A DNA stretch of 32,000 nucleotides. Origin: an uncultured Lentisphaeria bacterium. GTDB lineage: Bacteria; Verrucomicrobiota; Lentisphaeria; JABSQK01; JAJFLO01. Shown here piece by piece: positions 25,112 to 32,000 of the stretch (within the stretch, counting starts at the first letter, position 1; every line of letters starts with the position of its first letter). The stretch is from NCBI GenBank assembly GCA_951812855.1, contig OX638337.1, forward strand, positions 1,350,001 to 1,382,000, given 5' to 3'. Made by a program: the position numbers and the translations under genes. The notes under the pieces were generated by a model, which did not search any database, had not been told where the DNA came from, and saw nothing but the letters and a program-made list of their open reading frames with translations.

Positions 25112-25921
25112 TTATATTTCTTCACCGATTTGCCAGCGCATAAATCGTAAAACCGTGGCATTTGGATCAATCTGTTCAACAGATTTTTTGTCATCTTTGA
25201 TCCAGGTTTGTTTTAGCAGACAGTTTTCCTTATACCATTTGCCGACTTTTCCCATTAGAATTTTATCTATAATTTCTTTTGGTTTATTGGCCAGTTCTGG
25301 CTGAGCAGCTGCTATTTCTTTTTCTTTTTCGATTACTGACTCGGGTACATCTTCTGGAGATAAATAGAGCGGGTTAAATGCAGCGATATGCATACATAGA
25401 TCGTTGAGGCAGTCATTGTAAGATCCGTTTTCTACCTCCACGATCACTCCAATTTTACCACCCATATGAATATAAGAAGCACAGTTGGCGTTTGATTCCC
25501 ATCTTAGAACACGTCGAAGCTGAATATTTTCACCAACCCTGGCAACCAGATCAATTACTGCACTTTGCTGATCGATTTTTACTGCTTCAGAAAGATCACC
25601 TGAATCACTGTAGTTATTTGCAACCTCCAGACATAAGTTATCACAATAATTAGAAAACTGATCATTTTTTGCGACAAAATCTGTTTCACATAATACTTCA
25701 ACCATTGTTGCTGTGGTCTCATTTATATGAGTTGTAATTTTCCCTTCAGTTGTTGTCCTGTCTGCTTTTTTTGCAGCCTTGGCAACTCCTGATTTTCGTA
25801 AAAAATCAATCGCTTTTTCCAAGTCTCCTGAACTTTCAGTAAGTGCTTTTTTACAGTCCATCATACCGGCTCCGGTTTTTTCTCGAAGCTCTTTTACCAT
25901 TGATGCCGAGATATCAGACAT
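25112..25921 (-). CDS. tsf: Translation elongation factor Ts
   Basis: The N-terminal UBA-like region ISASMVKELREKTGAGMMDCKKALTESSGDLEKAIDFLRKSG is followed by ..VEVLCETDFVAKND.. The protein is 269 aa and the gene lies 29 nt downstream of rpsB. Confidence 0.95.
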   Translation of the reverse strand: MSDISASMVKELREKTGAGMMDCKKALTESSGDLEKAIDFLRKSGVAKAAKKADRTTTEGKITTHINETTATMVEVLCETDFVAKNDQFSNYCDNLCLEVANNYSDSGDLSEAVKIDQQSAVIDLVARVGENIQLRRVLRWESNANCASYIHMGGKIGVIVEVENGSYNDCLNDLCMHIAAFNPLYLSPEDVPESVIEKEKEIAAAQPELANKPKEIIDKILMGKVGKWYKENCLLKQTWIKDDKKSVEQIDPNATVLRFMRWQIGEEI

Positions 25922-25950
25922 ATTTTTTTCCCCTTATATATAACGCAGTT

Positions 25951-26877
25951 CTATTTATCGTCTTCTGTTTCATCGACTGCTTTGGAACTCTCTTTTACTT
26001 TTTTTTTTGATTTTGCTGCGGTCGACTTCTTATTTGCAGGCGGCGTTTCTACTGATTCTGCTTCTGAATCGTCCTTGACCGAATCTGTTTCGGAATTTTT
26101 TTCTTTGTCACTCTTTTTACTACTTTTAGCGTTTTCAGCATTTTTTGATTCCTCAGCTTCGCGTTGTTTCTGTTCTTCTTCCTTTTTCTTATTATAAACT
26201 TCCTGAGCTGCTAATATTGTATTTTTCAATGCGTCCATGAGGATTTTGATGGATCGATGAGCATCGTCATTGCCCGGGATCACATAATCAACATTTTCTG
26301 GATTTGAATTTGTATCAACAATCCCGACGATAGGAAGGTTTAGACGACATGCCTCTCTTACTGCAGTATGTTCATATTGAATATCCACGATTACAACTGC
26401 TTTCGGATTCTTCCTCAAATTGACTATGCCAGATAAGTTTCGCTCCAGCCTGGAAAGGGTACGGCGTAAGGAGGATGCTTCTTTTTTGGGCAGGGTATCG
26501 AGTTCGCCGGAATCTTGCATGGCACGGATATTTTCCATTTTTGTTATACTCGATCGGATTGTTTTGATATTCGTCAGTGTGCCCCCAAGCCATCGTTCAC
26601 TGACAAAGTGCATCTTCGTTTCTTCTGCAACTTGCCTGATTATTTCTTGAGCCTGGCGTTTTGTCCCGACAAATAAAATCTCGTCCCCTTCTAACACCAG
26701 GTCATAAACAAACTTACAGGCACTTTCAAGTTGGTGCATAGTTTTAATTAAATCGAATATGTAAATTCCATTTCGGGTACCATGAATGTATGGTTTCATT
26801 TTGGGATTCCACCGTTTAGTTTGATGTCCGAAATGAACGCCTGCTTCAAGTAAATTCTGAATTGTAATTTTTGACAA
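25951..26877 (-). CDS. rpsB: 30S ribosomal protein S2 with a ~70-aa Lys/Glu/Ser-rich C-terminal extension
   Basis: LLEAGVHFGHQTKRWNPKMKPYIHGTRNGIYIFDL...ILFVGTKRQAQ...RWLGGTLTN...VVIVDIQYEHTAVREACRLNLPIVGIVDTNSNP. The tail reads KKKEEEQKQREAEESKNAENAKSSKKSDKEKNSE...KKKVKESSKAVDETEDDK. Confidence 0.95.
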   Translation of the reverse strand: MSKITIQNLLEAGVHFGHQTKRWNPKMKPYIHGTRNGIYIFDLIKTMHQLESACKFVYDLVLEGDEILFVGTKRQAQEIIRQVAEETKMHFVSERWLGGTLTNIKTIRSSITKMENIRAMQDSGELDTLPKKEASSLRRTLSRLERNLSGIVNLRKNPKAVVIVDIQYEHTAVREACRLNLPIVGIVDTNSNPENVDYVIPGNDDAHRSIKILMDALKNTILAAQEVYNKKKEEEQKQREAEESKNAENAKSSKKSDKEKNSETDSVKDDSEAESVETPPANKKSTAAKSKKKVKESSKAVDETEDDK

Positions 26878-27129
26878 ATTGATCTCCCGCGTTGAAGATT
26901 AGATTTAAGATTAATTGTTTGCGATGGTGATTAGTAAATATTTTATTCAAGATATTTAAAAGGGCGAAATATATAGTAGAAAAATGAATAAACAATTAAT
27001 TCATCAATGATATTATTATAAAATTTGGGAGCTATATACTTTAATCCCCCAAAAATCCAAATATCGATATTGTCTTCTATAAACCTATGGCATAATAATC
27101 CCCATGGATATAATTAACAAGGGATAATA

Positions 27130-27962
27130 ATGGCAGCAAAAACAATCAGTATCATGGGTTTACTGGATTTGTTTGGAGACGAATCAAAATCTGTTAAGTC
27201 GTTAGAGGAAATTAGATGGCAGGGAAAGCCCACTTGTCCGCATTGCAATAATAGTGATAATATTGTTATACGCAAGGGGAAAAGATTTACCTATCGGGAT
27301 AAAACATGCCGTAAAGAGTTTACCGTTAAAACAAAAACCATAATGCACGGTAGTAATCTACCTGTTCAAAAGTGGTTAATAACAATGTATTTGGTAATGA
27401 CTGCCCGTAAAGGAAAATCATCATTACAGTTAAGTAAAGAACTGGGCATAACCCGGAAGACAGCCTGGTTTATGTTGCAACGCATTAGAGAGGCTTGTAA
27501 GCAAGGTACATTCCAGTTATCTAAGGTGGTAGAGATCGATGAGACTTATATTGGAGGTAAAGAGGATAATAAACACGCCAACAAGAAACGCAAAGGCTCA
27601 CAAGGCGGAAGTGGCAAAGCCATATCAAGGGTTCTGCTGCCATTTGTACAGACGAATGGCGAGGCTATGCGGAAATAAGTGGATATACCCGCCATAAGGT
27701 CAATCATTCGGCCAGGCAATATGTGGACGGATTAGCCCATACTAACGGGATAGAGAGTGTATGGCCTTTATTAAAACGTGGATTCTATAGCACAACATAT
27801 CATCAATTTAGCACTAAACACCTGGACCGCTATGTTAATGAATTTACCTTTAGATTAAACAAAGGAAATTGCACAATTGATATAATAGATAGAATAAGTA
27901 CCTTGGTAATGAATGCAGACAATAAGAGATTAACGTATAAGGATTTGATAAAAAATGATTAA
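27130..27962 (+). pseudogene. IS1595-family (ISXO2-like) transposase gene, inactivated by an internal deletion plus a frame change
   Basis: The N-terminal frame has the zinc ribbon CPHCNN...YRDKTCRKEFTVKTKTIMHGSNLPVQKWL...SSLQLSKELGITRKTAWFMLQRIREA...VEIDETYIGGKEDNKHANKK..GSGKA. The frame then shifts at about 27620. The C-terminal part continues in another frame as HIKGSAAICTDEWRGYAEISGYTRHKVNHSARQYVDGLAHTNGIESVWPLLKRGFYSTTYHQFSTKHLDRYVNEFTFRLN. About 45-55 aa of the DDE core normally found between GKxxV and the TDE motif are absent. Confidence 0.8.
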
Positions 27963-27995
27963 ATCTGAGCTAATAATAACTGATAAAGGACCAAG

Positions 27996-29738
27996 ATGAC
28001 TACTACAAACTATCAAAGCTGGGAAAAAACCGATCTCATAAACGAAATCCACCGCCTGCGCAAGCGTAAAAAATACGGGCTGGTCTGGGAAGATAAGCCG
28101 GAAAATGTTGTAGAGCAATGCAAAACTGAATTACCTGTTTTGGAAGAGGTCAAAGATAAAGAGATAATTACCGACCCAGACAAGCCGGTAAATTTATTGA
28201 TTGAAGGTGATAATTATCACGCTCTTTCAGTTTTGAATTACACGCACAGGGGTAAAGTTGATGTGATTTACATTGATCCGCCTTATAACACGGGAGCAAA
28301 AGACTGGAAATATAATAATGATTATGTTGATGGTGAAGATCCGTATAAAAACACAAAATGGATTTCAATGATGCATAAACGCCTAAAACAATCAAAAATA
28401 CTCTTGAAAAAAAACGGTGTTCTAGTTGCTATGATAGACAATTATGAAGTTCATAATTTGAGACATATATTAGAGGAAATTTTTTTAGACAAAGATATTG
28501 TAATTACTGTTATAGAACATAATCATCGTGGTCGTGCAAAAAGTAATTTTGCATTAACACATGAATATGCAATTTGGGTATTGCCTAAGAATATTGAATC
28601 CATTACAAGAAAAAAAGAATTCTCTAACGACACTGTTCTAAACCTACGAAGAACAGGTCAAAATTCTTTAAGAGAAGATAGGCCAACAATGTTTTACGGT
28701 ATAATTATTGATAAAAATGATAAAATAATTGGCGTAACAAATACCCTAAAAGATAAAAATAATGCTGGGAGCATAACCGTTGATAAAAATCATCGAATTA
28801 TCTTACCTATTGATAAACAGGGAACGGAACGTAGATGGTACTATGGGGCGGAAAGACTTATCAATGAAAAAAATTCTGGGAATGTTTTTGCAAAAACACA
28901 AAGAGGAAGGACTGAAATTTATTTTAAATTTTCTGGTAAGCCTGTTAGACGTAAATCCGTATGGATAGATCCTAAATATGATTCTAGTTCTCATGGTACT
29001 GGATTATTAAATAAAATTTTAGGGAAAGATGTTTTTTCATTTCCAAAATCAATCTGGGCCGTAAAGGAATGTATAGAGTCTGCTACAAATGATCAAAATG
29101 CTTTAATTCTTGATTTTTTTGCTGGCAGTGGAACAACCGGCCACGCGGTACTTGAGTTAAACAAACAAGACGGGGGGAATAGAAAATTCATTCTTTGTAC
29201 TAATAACGAATTAAATGGCAAAGAAAAAGAGCTCAGAGAAAAAGGTTTATCAGAAAAAGAAATACAATCTCATGGCATCTGCCAGGCAGTTACCTATCCT
29301 AGAATAAAAAAAGTGATTCAGGGCTATCACAACGGAAAATCAGAAGTTAATGGATTAGGTGGCAACTTGAAATACTATCAAACCTCTTTTGTCCCCGCCG
29401 GCCCGACCGACCAAAACAAAATCGCTCTAACCAAAAAAGCAACAGCAATGCTTTGCGTAAAAGAAGATACTTTTGAGGAAGTAAAAACAACAGAGCAGTA
29501 TAAAATTTTCAGAAACAAGAAGCGATATACTGGAGTTGTTTTTGATTACCAGGCGATAGATGACTTCAAAAAAGAAATCGCTAAAATTGACGGCAAATTC
29601 AGTCTTTATATTTTCTCGCTCGGTGATGATACTTTTGACGAGGAATTTGAAGACATAAAGAAAAAAGTAAAATTATCTCCTATCCCCGAAACGATTTTGA
29701 AGGTTTATCGGGAAATTTTTAAACTTAATAGCAAATAA
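27996..29738 (+). CDS. mod: Type III restriction-modification DNA methyltransferase (Mod; beta-class N6A/N4C MTase)
   Basis: LIEGDNYHALSVLNYTHRGKVDVIYIDPPYNTG (motif IV, DPPY) precedes a variable central region. After that comes LDFFAGSGTTGHAVLELNKQDGGNRKFILCTNNE (motif I, FxGxG). This order and the 580-aa size are typical of Type III Mod. The res-like gene starts 2 nt after the stop. Confidence 0.85.
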   Translation: MTTTNYQSWEKTDLINEIHRLRKRKKYGLVWEDKPENVVEQCKTELPVLEEVKDKEIITDPDKPVNLLIEGDNYHALSVLNYTHRGKVDVIYIDPPYNTGAKDWKYNNDYVDGEDPYKNTKWISMMHKRLKQSKILLKKNGVLVAMIDNYEVHNLRHILEEIFLDKDIVITVIEHNHRGRAKSNFALTHEYAIWVLPKNIESITRKKEFSNDTVLNLRRTGQNSLREDRPTMFYGIIIDKNDKIIGVTNTLKDKNNAGSITVDKNHRIILPIDKQGTERRWYYGAERLINEKNSGNVFAKTQRGRTEIYFKFSGKPVRRKSVWIDPKYDSSSHGTGLLNKILGKDVFSFPKSIWAVKECIESATNDQNALILDFFAGSGTTGHAVLELNKQDGGNRKFILCTNNELNGKEKELREKGLSEKEIQSHGICQAVTYPRIKKVIQGYHNGKSEVNGLGGNLKYYQTSFVPAGPTDQNKIALTKKATAMLCVKEDTFEEVKTTEQYKIFRNKKRYTGVVFDYQAIDDFKKEIAKIDGKFSLYIFSLGDDTFDEEFEDIKKKVKLSPIPETILKVYREIFKLNSK

Positions 29739-29739
29739 T

Positions 29740-31977
29740 ATGATACTAAAAAATTATCAAGAAACAGCTATTCATAAACTTCTTATCCGCTCCAAAGAAC
29801 TTTTGAGTCAAAGCGGAGAAAAGAAAATTGTTTTCAAAGCTCCTACAGGAAGTGGAAAAACTATCATGATGGCGGAATTTCTGAAACGATTGATTAATGA
29901 TTATGAACTCAAACAAAAAGAATTTTGTTTTATTTGGACTGCTCCTCGTAAACTTCACAATCAAAGCAAAAATAAATTAGATAAATATTACGAAAACACC
30001 AGAGCCTTGGAATGCGTAAACTTTGAAGACTTAAACGACCGACAAATCGGACGAGATGAAATCTTGTTTTTGAACTGGGAAAGCATAAACAAAAAAAACA
30101 AAAACACGATTGTAAAAGAAAATGAGAATGAATTTTATCTTGGCAAGATTATTGAAAATACAAAAGAAGAAGGACGAGAAGTTGTTTTAGTTATTGACGA
30201 AAGCCATCACCACGCCACAAGCGAAATTTCACAAGATTTAATTTCAGATATTGGGCCGCGGCTGACAATTGAAGTTTCTGCTACTCCTGTAATTTCAAAT
30301 CCAGACGAGATTGTTTCTGTGCCTTTGGAAGATGTAAAACTGGAAGGAATGATCAAAAAATCAGTTATTCTCAATCCAAACTTTAAAAATATTTTATCCG
30401 GCGATAGTCTAAAAACCAAGCTTGCTGACGGAACAGATGCAATGGTGCTGGAAGAAAGTATAAATAAACGAGCAGAAATCGCAAAAGCGTACAAAGAAGC
30501 AGGCATTGAGATAAACCCTCTTTTACTTATTCAATTACCCGACCGTAAAACACAAGCAGAAGATCAAGTCAAAAATGATGTTGTGTGGATTTTGAAAGAT
30601 AAATACAGAATGACAACGGAAAACGGCAGACTGGCGATCTATTTATCAGGAGAAAAAGAAAATCTTGAGAATATCGCTAAGAATAATCATGAAACCGAAG
30701 TTTTGCTTTTTAAGCAGGCAATCGCTTTAGGTTGGGATTGTCCTCGTGCTCAAGTCTTAGTGCTTTTCAGAGACTGGAAAAGTCTCACATTTTCGGTCCA
30801 AACAGTTGGGCGAATTATGCGTATGCCCGAGCCCGACACAGGACACTACGCACAGGATATTTTGAATTACGGATTTGTGTTTACAAACCTTGCCGATATT
30901 GAAATCAAGGAAGACATGGCAAGAAACTATGTAACGATTTATACCAGCCAAAGAATAGAAAGCTACAAACCGATTAAGTTAGAATCTGTTTATCGCTTGC
31001 GACAACGAGAAAAGACTCGTTTAAGCCCAAAATTTATCAATATCTTTTTAGATGAGGCTAAAAAATACGACCTCGAAAAGAAAATTGAAACCAAAGGGCA
31101 AAAACTAGAACAGTCTTTAATTTCTGATTATAAGGCAGAAGACGTTGATAAATTGGCAAATAAAGAAATCAAGGGCGAAGCCAAAATCAACACCGAAAAT
31201 GAAGCTGATTTACAAAAGCTCTATGACTTTTTTGTAAAAAATAATTTATCGCCTTTTTATCCCGAAGATCGCTCAATCGGCAGACTGAAAGAAGCAATTT
31301 ATTACTTTTTTAGAATGCGTCTTGGTATGGCATATACCAACCGCTTTGCTGAAATCATAAATATTGTATTAAGCCCGAAAAATAGCCGGCATTTCATCAA
31401 TGTCATTGATAGCACCAAAGAAAAATACATTGCCGAAACTCAAAAACGAGAAGCGGAACTACAAAAATCAGCCGACTGGGAATTGCCAGAAATTTTGAAC
31501 TATTGCGGAAACTTCACAGAGTTAAAAACAGAATTATCAGCGATGAAGCCGTTTTATTATGATAACAAATGGAAAACCGAAGAAGCGTTTATCAAATTCC
31601 TTGAAAAATCAGATCAAATTGAATGGTGGTTTAAGAACGGCGACCGAGACGCAACATTTTTTGCCGTGCGCTATGAAGAAAACGGAGAACGGAAGCCGTT
31701 TTATGTAGATTTTATCGCGTGCTTAAAAGACGAACGCATTGGTTTATTTGACACAAAATCAGGCCGTACAATCACAGACGCAAGAGCAAAAGTCGACGGC
31801 TTGCGATCCTACATAAAAGCGAACCATAAAAAGAACCTATTCGGCGGCATCGTCACTAATACAAATTTTCAAAACTTCAAAGCCCGCTGGATGGTATATA
31901 CTGGTGCTGGTGCCGACCTAATTCCAAACCAATGGAAAAATTGGGTACTCGTCGAAGATATTATTGAAAAATCATGA
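29740..31977 (+). CDS. res: Type III restriction enzyme Res subunit (SF2 helicase-like ATPase plus C-terminal PD-(D/E)xK-like nuclease)
   Basis: Walker A FKAPTGSGKT, motif II VLVIDESHH, ..SATP.., ..ALGWDCPRAQVLVLF.., and motif VI QTVGRIMRMP. The C-terminus EWWFKNGDRDATFFAVRY...KPFYVDFIACLKDERIGLFDTKSG looks like the D...(D/E)xK endonuclease core. It is tightly coupled to mod. Confidence 0.8.
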   Translation: MILKNYQETAIHKLLIRSKELLSQSGEKKIVFKAPTGSGKTIMMAEFLKRLINDYELKQKEFCFIWTAPRKLHNQSKNKLDKYYENTRALECVNFEDLNDRQIGRDEILFLNWESINKKNKNTIVKENENEFYLGKIIENTKEEGREVVLVIDESHHHATSEISQDLISDIGPRLTIEVSATPVISNPDEIVSVPLEDVKLEGMIKKSVILNPNFKNILSGDSLKTKLADGTDAMVLEESINKRAEIAKAYKEAGIEINPLLLIQLPDRKTQAEDQVKNDVVWILKDKYRMTTENGRLAIYLSGEKENLENIAKNNHETEVLLFKQAIALGWDCPRAQVLVLFRDWKSLTFSVQTVGRIMRMPEPDTGHYAQDILNYGFVFTNLADIEIKEDMARNYVTIYTSQRIESYKPIKLESVYRLRQREKTRLSPKFINIFLDEAKKYDLEKKIETKGQKLEQSLISDYKAEDVDKLANKEIKGEAKINTENEADLQKLYDFFVKNNLSPFYPEDRSIGRLKEAIYYFFRMRLGMAYTNRFAEIINIVLSPKNSRHFINVIDSTKEKYIAETQKREAELQKSADWELPEILNYCGNFTELKTELSAMKPFYYDNKWKTEEAFIKFLEKSDQIEWWFKNGDRDATFFAVRYEENGERKPFYVDFIACLKDERIGLFDTKSGRTITDARAKVDGLRSYIKANHKKNLFGGIVTNTNFQNFKARWMVYTGAGADLIPNQWKNWVLVEDIIEKS

Positions 31978-32000
31978 AATCAAAAGCATTTAAGAAGGCC

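Noticed and set aside
1-32000. CRISPR arrays, rRNA/tRNA genes, and known multi-gene defence systems other than Type III R-M
   Set aside because: Reading through all intergenic regions showed no regularly spaced direct repeats, no rRNA/tRNA signatures, and no cas, retron, CBASS, Gabija or Thoeris-type motifs recognisable in the ORF translations.

Overview
AT-rich bacterial chromosomal window. I saw no rRNA, tRNA or CRISPR array. All calls come from reading the ORF translations and DNA and from recalled family motifs; no database search was run.

Layout, left to right:
- (1) The 3' end of a DUF445-type gene, a decayed IS200-like (Y1) transposase pseudogene, and two small lipoprotein genes.
- (2) A copper-themed locus. 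It holds an OprC/NosA-like TonB-dependent receptor and a Cys-rich exported ORF. On the other strand is an operon-like run: two large secreted HYR/DUF5011/TSP3-type surface proteins, a His-tailed lipoprotein, a TolC-family lipoprotein, and a compact SLAC-sized multicopper oxidase with a Met-rich tail.
- (3) A convergent six-gene TonB2-type energiser cluster: DUF3450/TtpB-like, long MotA-ExbB/TtpC-like, ExbB, ExbD, TonB, and TPR/TtpD-like.
- (4) A mobile-element graveyard made of the 5' ~400 nt of a group IIC intron ribozyme fused to an internal IS256-family transposase fragment.
- (5) An unknown 207-aa gene and an orphan TpsA-type (filamentous haemagglutinin-like) beta-helix exoprotein with no TpsB. 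These sit where frr would normally follow rpsB-tsf-pyrH.
- (6) rpsB-tsf-pyrH.
- (7) A deleted and frameshifted IS1595-family transposase directly abutting a Type III restriction-modification pair (mod, res).

The items most worth follow-up are the atypical copper locus with its embedded adhesin-like proteins and four copies of an unnamed GWN...GYW module, the two-domain-sized oxidase, the intron/IS debris junction, and the TpsB-less TpsA island. I did not find a clear new defence system. The only defence-type content I can support is a canonical-looking Type III R-M.
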